DNA from: Chitinophagia bacterium
Lineage (GTDB): Bacteria; Bacteroidota; Bacteroidia; Chitinophagales; Chitinophagaceae
NCBI GenBank assembly: GCA_037131895.1
Contig: JBAXQE010000010.1
Span: forward strand, 17,778 to 81,777
Length of the DNA stretch: 64,000 nucleotides
Direction of reading: 5' to 3'
Part shown: positions 9,621-19,031 of the stretch, one piece after another
How the letters are laid out: each line of letters opens with the position of its first letter
Position numbering within the stretch: the stretch's first letter is position 1
Translations under genes and position numbers: made by a program
The notes under the pieces: generated by a model
Told to the model about the DNA's origin: nothing
The model's input: only the letters and a program-made list of their open reading frames with translations
Database searches by the model: none

Positions 9621-10340
9621 TTAAAAGTCTTTTCCAGCAATATTCGACCCCTCATGCTTCATCCGCTTGCCAAAGATTTCTAAGTAGTAGCCCAATACAA
9701 GGTAATGATTGCGGGTAGCGTTGGGGGTGGCAACCAGTAATTGATTCAAATAACCCATTTGCAGCAGCACTTCCGGCGAAAGGCGGTAGTTGAGGGATAA
9801 TTGCAAGCGATTCTGCTCGAAAAAAGGACTTTGTTTGCCGAAGAATATCTCATCGCCCACACTAACTTGCCAGGGTTTAAAACCCTTGGTAGCAGCCCCA
9901 AAAGGGTAGGAGGCCGCCATCCGATATCGGTAGCGATTTCTAAAACCACTGCTTTGCCACCGAAACTCGGTGCGAAAGCGTTGCTCGATTGTGATACGTC
10001 CTAAATTGGTTAATACAATTAATTGCGGCCATAGGCGAAATTCGCTGTTGGTTTTTGGGGTAGTAAAATTGCCCGACGGCTGATAAGTTTGATAACTACC
10101 CGCCCCCAGGGTAAATAAAACGGATGGACGAATAGAATAATGCACCCCACCCTTTAACTCGTGGTAGTTAAACTGGTTATAAAACCCCAGCGACCGCAAT
10201 TGTCCCTCGGCAAAAAAACTCCATTTTTCAGTATAGGTAAATTTGGTGTTGAAGATATTCCAGGTTCCAAGGCCGGAGGTTTGGGCGGTACCCTTTACAG
10301 CCATTGATGCCAGAAAAAGAACCCATATTGTTTTACGCAT
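9621..10340 (-). CDS. DUF2490-family outer-membrane beta-barrel protein
   Basis: Signal peptide; EGQLRS, EFRLWPQL, IEQRFRTEFRW, RNRYRYR, GDEIFF, FEQNRLQ, LQMGYLNQ pattern. Confidence 0.85.
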   Translation of the reverse strand: MRKTIWVLFLASMAVKGTAQTSGLGTWNIFNTKFTYTEKWSFFAEGQLRSLGFYNQFNYHELKGGVHYSIRPSVLFTLGAGSYQTYQPSGNFTTPKTNSEFRLWPQLIVLTNLGRITIEQRFRTEFRWQSSGFRNRYRYRMAASYPFGAATKGFKPWQVSVGDEIFFGKQSPFFEQNRLQLSLNYRLSPEVLLQMGYLNQLLVATPNATRNHYLVLGYYLEIFGKRMKHEGSNIAGKDF

Positions 10341-10461
10341 GCTAACTACTACTTACAGAAAGCGAAAATAGATTTTTTTGGGGAATTGGATTGAAGTAGA
10401 TAGGGTGTGCGAAAATGAAAGCAGCCTCTGAAAGTGAAAATGTATTAGTTATAAAATCTCT

Positions 10462-10935
10462 TTATTTGTTCCCATTATTTTTCCGCATGGCTTTAAAAGT
10501 TTTTTTATCCATAGTTAAGCCCGATATCTCCACTGTTCGATTACTGCCAATTTTAATTTGCATCAACGGCCATGGGGGATAGTATCCATAATACAGGGTA
10601 TCATTAATTTTAGTTTTTTTCATCCACCAATCATTTTTTAATAAATTTACATATTCCAAAAAGCAGGAATCACAGCTATAACTGCTAAATTCAAGGTCAC
10701 ATATACCTGATTTAGAAAAATGGTAGTATTTATCATAATTAAATACTGTTGAATCTCTAAGTAGAAAAACAATACTTGAATCGGTTTCGGATATTATGGC
10801 ATTATACCGATTTTTGGCAGTGAATTTTTTTAAGGTTTTAATAACGCTAGTTCTGTCCATACTAAATTGGACCATTTGCCCAATTGCAAAATTAGTTTGA
10901 AGCATGATTGTTATGGTAAGTAGGAGTGATTTCAT
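10462..10935 (-). CDS. Secreted hypothetical protein with CxxC motif (paralog of 8889..9380)
   Basis: Signal peptide from MKSLLL (ATG 10935 preferred over track start 10965); motif identity with the 8889 protein. Confidence 0.8.
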   Translation of the reverse strand: MKSLLLTITIMLQTNFAIGQMVQFSMDRTSVIKTLKKFTAKNRYNAIISETDSSIVFLLRDSTVFNYDKYYHFSKSGICDLEFSSYSCDSCFLEYVNLLKNDWWMKKTKINDTLYYGYYPPWPLMQIKIGSNRTVEISGLTMDKKTFKAMRKNNGNK

Positions 10936-11043
10936 GATTTGTAAATAGGCATAATAATACTTCAATTACCTAAATTAATATTTTTAAATGATTTGCTGTC
11001 TCTTTATCTGAACAAAAAGTATAGCAACTCTTCATTCTTTATT

Positions 11044-11215
11044 ACTCCCCAAAGTTCGAGCCTTTTGGAAAGTTGTACCTTTCTAACCATTTGGTAATTG
11101 ATCTGCAAATGCAGAAAGGGACATTTTCATTTCAATCCGTGAAATGCCCCTAGGCTAAAAATTCGGAGAAAAAAATCAGTGTAAGTGTTGGTGCCCGTGC
11201 GCCTCTGGCGAAAAA
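11044..11215. repeat. Copy C of the degenerate intergenic hairpin repeat
   Basis: actccccaaagttcgagccttttggaaagtt..aagggacattttcatttcaatccgtgaaatgcccctaggc..cggagaaaaaaatcagtgtaag..gcgcctctggcg. Confidence 0.7.
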
Positions 11216-11247
11216 TATTTTCCTACATTTCCAGACTTTACTTTTCT

Positions 11248-11808
11248 TTACTCTGTAAGTAAAGTTATCTGTTCAGCCATGCTTACTAACTCATTTGTCG
11301 TTTTCCAATTTCTGGTGGTTGCACTTACTTGTAATTTTGTTTCCAAAAAGTTATTGGTCAATTTTGTTTTTCCATAACCATTCGGGCAATACAAATACAC
11401 AGCTGCATTAGTAAAAGCGATTGCTTCACCACTTAGTTTTTTTTCTTCTATTGATTTTACGTCAAATTTGGGTGGTTGGGCAGATAAAAAAGTAACATGT
11501 AAATAAGCAATATCTTTTTCTCTATCATTTATAAATGGGTTGCTAGCAATGATTTGTTTCAGCGTAAGCATACTAAACACAATTACTGGAACCTGAAAGC
11601 CAAAGTCTTTGGCAATTTGTTGAGTAATGGCTGCTGCCAGTTTTTCTGGGGCTGCCTTTTTACCTGTAAAAACAACATTTCCACTTTGCACATAGGTGGT
11701 AATGTTACCAAAACCTAACTTTTCATAGGTTTTGTGTAAGTCGGCCATTTTAATTAATTTTTGTCCGCTTACATTAATTCCTCTTAGTATTGAAATGTAG
11801 GTTAGCAT
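11248..11808 (-). CDS. DUF1697-domain protein
   Basis: YISILRGINVSGQKLIKMADL, TYVQSGNVVF, YLYCPNGYGKTKL, ATTRNWKT. Confidence 0.92.
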   Translation of the reverse strand: MLTYISILRGINVSGQKLIKMADLHKTYEKLGFGNITTYVQSGNVVFTGKKAAPEKLAAAITQQIAKDFGFQVPVIVFSMLTLKQIIASNPFINDREKDIAYLHVTFLSAQPPKFDVKSIEEKKLSGEAIAFTNAAVYLYCPNGYGKTKLTNNFLETKLQVSATTRNWKTTNELVSMAEQITLLTE

Positions 11809-12005
11809 TTGTGTTTGGTCATTTCAGGTTGTCGTTCTCGGGTTAAGTTACCTTTTGCTAACTCCGAAGGATTGTCGTGGAAAGAAAGTAAAAATACAAC
11901 AGTTCAAAGGGCTAGCCAGTATAAAGTACTATTGTGTTGTTCCTTCCTTGGTGTGGGAGAATAAGAGAGCTAGTGCCTATGCGCTACGGGAGCAAGATTT
12001 TTAGT

Positions 12006-12314
12006 TTATTGGTACACACTTAGAGTTAGCCTTCCCCCCAGCCCGTCTTGAATGATGCGCATGAGTGTAGACAAGCGAATATCACTAGCATTGTTCTCGA
12101 TTCGGGAAATATACGTTTTACTGGTTCCACATTTTTCCGCCAGTTCCTCTTGGGTAAGTCCCTTCTCTTTTCTTAGTTCCTGAATCATCACACCCAGTTT
12201 AAATGCCTCAAATTCTTGTTCATAGTTTTCCCTTTCCTTGGTTCCGCGTTTGACATATTGCCTATCCAGATGATCTGAAAAGGTAGTCAGGTTTTTATTA
12301 CTCTTTTTCATCAA
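12006..12314 (-). CDS. HigA-like XRE helix-turn-helix antitoxin
   Basis: IQELRKEKGLTQEELAEKCGTSKTYISRIENNASDIRLSTL; start overlaps the stop of an upstream toxin remnant. Confidence 0.9.
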   Translation of the reverse strand: MMKKSNKNLTTFSDHLDRQYVKRGTKERENYEQEFEAFKLGVMIQELRKEKGLTQEELAEKCGTSKTYISRIENNASDIRLSTLMRIIQDGLGGRLTLSVYQ

Positions 12315-12521
12315 AGTATAGTTTTTTTATTCTTTGCGCTAATATTATTTCTCGTCGGGGTGTTTTATGCGATTTTTTTTGAAATCCATTAATCACTATA
12401 ACTGGCTTATCAATTGTAAAGTCCAGTTGAATTATTTATGTACTTCGGAAGTAAGCAGCCCAAAAAAATTGAGGTAATACCGTTTGTAAAAAAAATCCCG
12501 CTTGTTCAAAGCATCCAACAT
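12298..12521 (-). pseudogene. RelE/HigB (Gp49-like) toxin remnant with internal deletion and frameshift
   Basis: Hand translation: ATG 12521 gives MLDALNKRDFFYKRYYLNFFGLLTSEVHK* (stop 12432-12434); another frame gives the C-terminus ..VIVINGFQKKSHKTPRREIILAQRIKKLYFDEKE* ending 12298 with the family motif NGFQKKxxKTP. A TAtaTTTG element sits just upstream. Confidence 0.75.
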
Positions 12522-12780
12522 CTATACGCAAATATAGAGTTATCTTATTAGTTAACGTTTTCCAATAAGTTTTTTTGATCAATTGCTTATTTTCTGCAGT
12601 TGGAAAGCAATGATTAGTCAACTTCTTTTTAATGGAGTAGATGCAAAATATACTGGTTGATCTTTTGCGGGAAGCGTATTTGTACCAAGGCATTTTTCGA
12701 CAAAAGAAGGGGGAATGTGAGCTTGTGAGCCTGTGGGGCATTTGAGAGAATGCGAAAGTAATGCTAAAGCTCTATGCCTT

Positions 12781-13062
12781 TTAACTATAATGAAACCTAC
12801 ACTGCACCACGCAGCATTGCTGATTCGCCCCCTTTTTTCCAGTAATGGAATATACCAGCCGATGCTCGTTGGTTATTCGGCGCGACCAATACCCGGTTAA
12901 ATCGTATCGGAGAGGTTCAGGCTTACCCATACCCTGAAAGGGAGTTTTGCGTATTTCATTCAGTAGGGTAATGATTTTATTGGCTATTTCCGGATCGGAG
13001 GCCATCCAATATTGAAAATCTTCCCAACCGATCTCTGTAAACAGGAAAGTCATACTCGCCAC
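12781..13062 (-). CDS. yoeB: Txe/YoeB family addiction-module toxin
   Basis: GWEDFQYW, PFQGMGKPEPLRYDLTGYWSRRITNEHRLVY, CRFHY; start may be ATG 13053. Confidence 0.93.
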   Translation of the reverse strand: MASMTFLFTEIGWEDFQYWMASDPEIANKIITLLNEIRKTPFQGMGKPEPLRYDLTGYWSRRITNEHRLVYSITGKKGANQQCCVVQCRFHYS

Positions 13063-13064
13063 AT

Positions 13065-13313
13065 TTATAACTTGTATTTCCGAGTTTTGCCCTCTTTCTG
13101 CTGACTGATCGACTCCCGCAGTCTTTTTCTATTGGCGGCAGCCGATAATAGGTGACCGGTTTCCTGCAATGAATTGTATTCTTTCAGCGATACCATCACC
13201 ACTGCCTCTTCATCTGTTCCGCGGGACACAATTATCACATCCGATGATTGGGAAACATCATCCAAATATCTTTTGAGGTTATTTCTCAGTTGGGTGGTAG
13301 TTACTGCCTGCAT
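13065..13313 (-). CDS. yefM: Phd/YefM family antitoxin
   Basis: From ATG 13313: [57 protein letters not shown]. The track start 13391 is probably too long. Confidence 0.92.
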   Translation of the reverse strand: MQAVTTTQLRNNLKRYLDDVSQSSDVIIVSRGTDEEAVVMVSLKEYNSLQETGHLLSAAANRKRLRESISQQKEGKTRKYKL

Positions 13314-13324
13314 TGCGTTAAGAT

Positions 13325-13353
13325 TGTACTTACAAATGTACGTATTTGTGTAC
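13325..13353 (-). promoter_or_regulatory. YefM-YoeB operator: three TGTAC cores at exact 12-bp spacing over a TAcaTTTG -7 element
   Basis: TGTAC at 13325, 13337 and 13349; minus strand contains tacatttg at 13333-13340. Confidence 0.75.
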
Positions 13354-13493
13354 GGTTTGGCTAGATTGCTCTGATTAATTTTTAGGCGCAATGTGAAATT
13401 AATTTGTGGACTAAAGTAAGTTCATAATACGAACAGAATAAGCATATGTATACCTAGTATTTATACTTAATAGCAAGGAAAAAAGTTTCAAAT

Positions 13494-13617
13494 AATTCGA
13501 TACTTTTAAAAAGTTGTATCTGAGTGAACGGCTTTTATGTGAAGTATGTTTTTTCGAAGGGCATTTTTATTCCAAATCGTAATGTGCCCCTGGGCGTAGA
13601 TGCGGAGAATGAAATGC
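13494..13617. repeat. Copy D of the degenerate intergenic hairpin repeat
   Basis: ttcgatacttttaaaaagtt..tgagtgaa..atgtgaag..ttttcgaagggcatttttattccaaatcgt..gcccctgggcg..gcggagaatgaaat. Confidence 0.72.
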
Positions 13618-13634
13618 ATACTTACTGAATTTCT

Positions 13635-14576
13635 CTACTTTCTTAGTATAGTACATTCCACGTCAATTCTTTTAAAATAGGTTGACCCATTTTCTATTCG
13701 GTTGTGCTCAAATATGCCTACGAACTTATACTCGTTGTATCCAAGTGGATCTTTGTACTTCATAAAAACGATCCGCTTTTTTAGGTCGGGGATATAAGAT
13801 TGATTTTTTTCGTTCCTTTCTATAATCACAGCGCCTCCTTCTGCTAACTGATTATGCCAGCCCGAATGTGTAGCAGCAATTAACTGCTGATTGCCCTGCT
13901 CATCTATAACCGGAATTGCCAGTTTTGGGAACCATAATTTATATCCCTCCAATTCTGTGCCTGTAAATGCAGGTAAGCTGAAATAGGCTCTGGAAGCACC
14001 TCCGGCAATTTCTTTTCTACCTGCAGCAAATAGCACATTGCAGGTTTTGTTGATAGAACTAAAACCCTTGCGGTCGCTAATAGAAATGGTGGATTTATTT
14101 TTATAATACCCTTCCGGTGTTTCTATTTGCCACAAGGGGGGATTCAATTCGCTTATCCGGCGTTGTATTCTTTCCACTGCTCTACTGATTGCTCCCTCCA
14201 GCTCTTGAAAATGGCCAGTTACCTTTATATGAATGGCCTCATAATTTTCAGCGGTAATTTTATACAAAATGTCGAATATAGTTACTTCCCGATGTTGGTC
14301 TCTTGCTGCTTGCCCAACTTCTGCATGATAGGCTTCATCACATTCAATACCTAGATTCAGTGCCGGAAAATAGAGGTCAATAAAAAAATGTGAGCGACCC
14401 GATTTTTTATTCGTATCCAATATATACTGTTGCGAAACTACTTCCAGGTTGGGATTTCCGAGTCGATGCCAAATGGCATTGATCACATAATTTTCGTAAT
14501 CTTTCCGATGGGTTCTCGATAAAGTTTTAATAAGGTACCTGGTTTTCGGATCGATAATGATGGCGTCGGATTGCAT
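13635..14576 (-). CDS. PvuRts1I/AbaSI-family modification-dependent (5hmC / glucosyl-5hmC) restriction endonuclease
   Basis: YLIKTLSRTHRKDYENYVINAIWHRL, VSQQYI, IDLYFPALNLGIECDEAYH (nuclease core); KLWFPKL, SGWHNQL and C-terminal RIVFMKYKDPLGYNEYKFVGIF (SRA-like domain) follow the PvuRts1I layout as recalled. Confidence 0.85.
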   Translation of the reverse strand: MQSDAIIIDPKTRYLIKTLSRTHRKDYENYVINAIWHRLGNPNLEVVSQQYILDTNKKSGRSHFFIDLYFPALNLGIECDEAYHAEVGQAARDQHREVTIFDILYKITAENYEAIHIKVTGHFQELEGAISRAVERIQRRISELNPPLWQIETPEGYYKNKSTISISDRKGFSSINKTCNVLFAAGRKEIAGGASRAYFSLPAFTGTELEGYKLWFPKLAIPVIDEQGNQQLIAATHSGWHNQLAEGGAVIIERNEKNQSYIPDLKKRIVFMKYKDPLGYNEYKFVGIFEHNRIENGSTYFKRIDVECTILRK

Positions 14577-14625
14577 GGATATTGGGTTGTGTCGGAAATA
14601 AAATAAGAATACTTTATTTGGATGC

Positions 14626-14904
14626 TCAACGCTTACTAATCTTATTCAACGAAATTGTTTTCTGCAAACTGCATTTGAAGCGACTGATTTCCTGATTTCG
14701 GGTTTTGGCATGTTTCTGACTCACCCCACTATTTACCCGCTTACGCCAAAGATTAAAACTACTGCGTTTCAGTTGCCTGCGCATCAGGGCAATTACCCTA
14801 GCCTCCGTAAGGCCAAATTGCAAATGGATGGCTTCAAAGGGGGTTCTGTCTTCCCAGGCCATTTCAATAATGCGATCGATATCCGTGGGAGTTAAATTTT
14901 CCAT
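14626..14904 (-). CDS. TIGR03643 (DUF2805) family protein
   Basis: IDRIIEMAWEDRTPFEAI..QFGL.E..VIALMR..LK.SSF.LWRKRV. Confidence 0.9.
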   Translation of the reverse strand: MENLTPTDIDRIIEMAWEDRTPFEAIHLQFGLTEARVIALMRRQLKRSSFNLWRKRVNSGVSQKHAKTRNQEISRFKCSLQKTISLNKISKR

Positions 14905-14938
14905 TGGAGTGCAAGGTACATGATGCTCGTAAATAATT

Positions 14939-15787
14939 TTATATCGCTTTTTCTAATTTGAAAAGGGTTATTTCTGGCCGTACATTAAATCGAACCTGCC
15001 AGAGATGCCCAAGCGCCCGGTTTATGTAAAGGGTTCTGCCATTGGAAAGAGAAATTTCACCAGCCGAATAGGTTTTATTTTTTACGGGTAACAGGGGAGG
15101 AGGTAAAAATGGTGGCCTGCATTGCCCGCCATGGGTATGGCCCGAAAGTATCCATCCATCATAACCTTGCCAAACATCCAAATCACATACATCGGGGTTA
15201 TGACAAAGTACCAAGCTTGCCTGAGAACTATCATATTCCTTCATAGCTGCCTCAGGATTAAAGCAGGTGCCCCAAAAATCATCCATCCCTATCAGGTGTA
15301 AACCTGCGCAGTCTTTTTGGCGGTTCCTCAATACTTCAATCCCTTTATCATTCAGCAGGGTAGTAATCGTATCTGCTACTTCGGATTGTTTCCAGTTAAT
15401 TCCATAATCATGATTTCCCAAAATACCAACGGTGGCTATTTTGCCCTTTACGCAGTGGTTGAGTACTTCGGTTAATGCTTCATATACAACCTCTCTCTTG
15501 TGTAAGCTTACATAATCGCCGGTATACACAACCAGGTCGGGATGATATTCCTGAGCTTTGCGGAAGGAGTCAATAATGTATTGATGGTCAAATCTTTTTC
15601 CAATATGGATATCGCTAATTTGCATCACTGTTTTTCCAACCCAATAATCAGGGAGATTTCGGATAGGCATTTTGCGTTGCACAAATTCAAGCCAAAAGGG
15701 TTCTACTTGCCAGGCATAGCCACCCCCTAGTATGCCTAACCCGGCAAATCCCGCTAGTGATTTTTTGATAAAAGCTTTTCTGTTCAT
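14939..15787 (-). CDS. Metallophosphoesterase (YkuE/YaeI-like)
   Basis: SDIHIG, YTGDYV, GNHDYG, LCHNPD, LSGHTHGGQ; N-terminal export/anchor segment. Confidence 0.92.
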   Translation of the reverse strand: MNRKAFIKKSLAGFAGLGILGGGYAWQVEPFWLEFVQRKMPIRNLPDYWVGKTVMQISDIHIGKRFDHQYIIDSFRKAQEYHPDLVVYTGDYVSLHKREVVYEALTEVLNHCVKGKIATVGILGNHDYGINWKQSEVADTITTLLNDKGIEVLRNRQKDCAGLHLIGMDDFWGTCFNPEAAMKEYDSSQASLVLCHNPDVCDLDVWQGYDGWILSGHTHGGQCRPPFLPPPLLPVKNKTYSAGEISLSNGRTLYINRALGHLWQVRFNVRPEITLFKLEKAI

Positions 15788-15922
15788 AGCCTAATTTCAT
15801 CCCATTCATCAAAAATACAATGTTAAAAAAGGGGGATTGGGAGGTTTTAATATTGGAATGGTAAATAACTATGAGGGAGCTAGAAGGGTTTTCACACGCA
15901 CCTATAGACTGATTGATCTCGC

Positions 15923-16348
15923 TTACGGTGTGGTTCTCCGCTCGCGTATTAATCCTATACCCAGGGTAACCAATCCCACAGCCAGCAATACCATGCCTGC
16001 ATATAGTATCACAATCATGCTATTAGGCCGGGTAAGTTGATGACCGATAGCGGCTGCAAAAAATCCGCCACTAACCGCAATGGCCGCCAGGGGAAAAGAT
16101 ATGCGAACCAGCCATTCCCAGCTCTTACTCAAATTTGCATGATCGGTAAGTACCTGCGCCACCAGCGATAAAATCACCAGCACCCCTGCATGGGCATGCC
16201 CTGCCCGAAACATGGATTGCTGAAAAGGGGTAAGTTCCAGTTCGGATGCTTGTCCGCTCAGTACCGTAAGTAAAAAATAGCCACCATAAATAATGGAAGG
16301 GATGGTGAGTAAGATAATACCACAGATTTTTTTGGTTAGAATTTGCAT
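15923..16348 (-). CDS. Hypothetical 4-TM membrane protein with FRAGHAHAGVL motif
   Basis: Four hydrophobic segments; ATG start with A-rich leader; co-oriented with neighbours. Confidence 0.75.
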   Translation of the reverse strand: MQILTKKICGIILLTIPSIIYGGYFLLTVLSGQASELELTPFQQSMFRAGHAHAGVLVILSLVAQVLTDHANLSKSWEWLVRISFPLAAIAVSGGFFAAAIGHQLTRPNSMIVILYAGMVLLAVGLVTLGIGLIRERRTTP

Positions 16349-16409
16349 AGTCGGATAATTGGGCGTACTTACTATTTTGATGAAGTTCGTTAATTGATTT
16401 TTTTATCAT

Positions 16410-18299
16410 TTATTCTATATACAACTGTTTTGACTTTGGTAATTTAACCGTATATTTTAATTCGAATTGCTGGGAAGCAGCATTTTTTAGCGGGAAATTC
16501 CAAAATAGTATGCCTGTTTCTGGTATTAGATTTCCATTGGAAATATTTAGAGGGGTTACTTCTATTTCTCCATTTGCTGAAACTGGAATTTGATCGTACA
16601 CCATGAGTTGGATAGGTTGACTTTTATTATTTTTTAGAGTTATTAACCAGGTTTTGGTTTCATCTTTTTTGTTTCCAAGGTATTGTTTAGAACTAAATTT
16701 TTTCTGACTCTCTCTCTTTACACTTACCCCTTTATCATTTCCAAGCGATATACTCAATGTGTCAGACATATAGCGCACATCCAGCAGGGTTTTGCCTGTA
16801 TAGGTGTCTTCAAAAAATAGATTTGCTTCTCCTTCCATAAAATTATATTTTTCCCAGTCAACAATTTTGGCAACTAGATAAGCCTTTTCATCTATTTTAG
16901 GAGTACAGTAGTAAAGATATTCTGCCGGCAGTTGATAATTTTCTATTTCTACTGTTTGCACCTTTCCATCCGATAATATCGTGTAAGGCGTTTTAATATT
17001 GAATTCAACACTGGTTTGATGATAGGTTTGCTGCGTTTCTACCAAGGCTTTATTTTTTTGAAATTTATTGTTTAAACTAAGTCCGGGTACTTTTCCTAAT
17101 AATTCATATTCAGGTTTGGAATATCCTGTAACAACAACCTCCTGTAATTCTTGTATACTGGCTTCTAAGCCAATATTAATTTGCTCTTGTAAAATTGGAA
17201 TTTCTTTTGTTTGATAGCCTACCAATGAAACAGAAAGCGTACCACCATTTTTGGGTATCGATAACTCATAATAACCATTTTTGTCGGAAATGTTTCCAAT
17301 AGAACTACCCTGAATAAATATAGAAGCTCCTTGAATAGGGCTGCCTGTTCTGCTATCATAAATTTTTCCACTTACTTTTCCAGATTTTAGGGTGTAAACG
17401 GGCGGTGGTAAATTGTAATCTAAATAATAGGGTTTTAGCTCCCTGAATGAACTGGAACCATTCGGGTCGGCGGAGGAAAGTTTGAGGCTTACATTTTTCC
17501 AGTTTTCAAGGGTATTTTGTTGAATATTTGCCTTATAGGCAATGTCCACCGGCTGCTCGATATTTTTTACTTTAATGTCATAGGAGGGCGTCCAGCCAGC
17601 ATTCGATACAATATATTTCAAATCAAATACGGCCCGGGTAGGATTTTTCGCTTCTATCTTCAACACAATTACTCCAGATGGATTGGTTGCCTTGGTTGTT
17701 TGTCCGGCAAGTTGTTTTTCTATTTTTGTAAGTTGCTTAGTCAAATCATCTAGTATCAACTGCCTTTCCACTCTTTTTAATTTGATAGCTGTAATTCTTT
17801 CTGTAAAATAGTTATTGGCTTCTTTTAGAGCGGCAATATTGATTCCCGTATTGGTACCACCAATGCTGCTGTTGTTTTTTAAGAATGTAAGTTCATCCTG
17901 TAGCACATCTTGGTATACAGATTCTATTTTCAGTTTTTTTTCAATTTCCAGTTTCGTTTTTTTGAGTTCTTCGTTTTCAGATGGTATCCCGTATTGAGTG
18001 ATATAGTCATCCTGCAGGTTTACTGACAATATTTGAAATTCTCCTTTTCCATTAATCTGTATACTCTTTGGGTCAATATAGGGCGACAAGCCCGTAAAAC
18101 TAATGGTACTTTTTCCAGCAGGTATTTCCGTGGTTTTGGATCTGCTAATCTGGGCACCTATCAGATATACGGTTACTTCTTTGATATCTGATTTTAACTC
18201 TATTTCCGAAATGGTTTGTGCGGATATAGCGTTATTGAAACAAATTAGACAGGGAATGAAAAGTAATTTTACGTAATCGGCAAGTTTAGATTTTTTCAT
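16410..18299 (-). CDS. DUF4140/DUF4139 (MuiA-like) protein with an internal carboxypeptidase-regulatory-like domain
   Basis: VTVYLIGAQISR, AGWTPSYDIKV, QQNTLENWKNVSLKLSS, GEANLFFEDTYTGKT, DQIPVS; inserted SGKIYDS..GASI..G...D.NGYY domain. Confidence 0.9.
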   Translation of the reverse strand: MKKSKLADYVKLLFIPCLICFNNAISAQTISEIELKSDIKEVTVYLIGAQISRSKTTEIPAGKSTISFTGLSPYIDPKSIQINGKGEFQILSVNLQDDYITQYGIPSENEELKKTKLEIEKKLKIESVYQDVLQDELTFLKNNSSIGGTNTGINIAALKEANNYFTERITAIKLKRVERQLILDDLTKQLTKIEKQLAGQTTKATNPSGVIVLKIEAKNPTRAVFDLKYIVSNAGWTPSYDIKVKNIEQPVDIAYKANIQQNTLENWKNVSLKLSSADPNGSSSFRELKPYYLDYNLPPPVYTLKSGKVSGKIYDSRTGSPIQGASIFIQGSSIGNISDKNGYYELSIPKNGGTLSVSLVGYQTKEIPILQEQINIGLEASIQELQEVVVTGYSKPEYELLGKVPGLSLNNKFQKNKALVETQQTYHQTSVEFNIKTPYTILSDGKVQTVEIENYQLPAEYLYYCTPKIDEKAYLVAKIVDWEKYNFMEGEANLFFEDTYTGKTLLDVRYMSDTLSISLGNDKGVSVKRESQKKFSSKQYLGNKKDETKTWLITLKNNKSQPIQLMVYDQIPVSANGEIEVTPLNISNGNLIPETGILFWNFPLKNAASQQFELKYTVKLPKSKQLYIE

Positions 18300-19017
18300 A
18301 ATGATATATTTATAAGGTTACATAAATTAAGTAGATTCCCTTTTTGCAATAATTTATTATTTTTTGGTTTACAATTTTTGCCCATATCGCTCACTTAATC
18401 TTACAAAAGTTCTTTTGCAAATATCAGAATGTTGGAAATATTTGGTATAGTGATTTCCATTGAAATTTGGCATGAACCTCCCCTATATAGATAATCATTA
18501 TAAAAATTGTTTCAATATCGTCTCATTCATTAAATGAATAAATTGCTTTTTCTTTTTAAGGGATTCGCAATTATGTTTATTGGTCATTAATTTAATCTAT
18601 TTTATTATACAAATTTCTTAAAGCGCTAAAATTTCTTGCTTAAAGTTATTTTTTTGATTTTTTTATCCAATTTGACCTAACTACCCTTTTGAATTAGCTA
18701 ACTTTTAAATCAATTAAAAATTTCCCCAGAATATTTAGTTGCAATTTTTGTGGGCTATTTATAATTTAACTATACTAATACTATTTTCGAAAAGGGGTTT
18801 TTCTCCACAGCATCTTGCATCTAGGGCTGGTTGTTTACTTTGAGGAACGAACTAACCACTTATTTTTATCACCAATTTTTGGTCAATTCTTTATTTCTGC
18901 CAGCCCCTTTTTCCCACCATTTTCTCTCTTCATTTAAACCCCACTGCCAACCCATAACCTCAAAAAATTGCAACCTCGCGCAGGCGGAATTTAATTAGAA
19001 TTATACATCCTAAATAT

Positions 19018-19031
19018 CGGTGTATTCACCG
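19018..19031. promoter_or_regulatory. Candidate response-regulator operator CGGTGTATTCACCG
   Basis: Pseudo-palindrome similar to motifs at 18793, 48351, 49361, 49384 and 49797. Confidence 0.4.

Noticed and set aside
12436-12741. 101-aa ORF from the track
   Set aside because: No recognisable motif; it overlaps the toxin remnant's promoter and N-terminus, which explain the sequence better.
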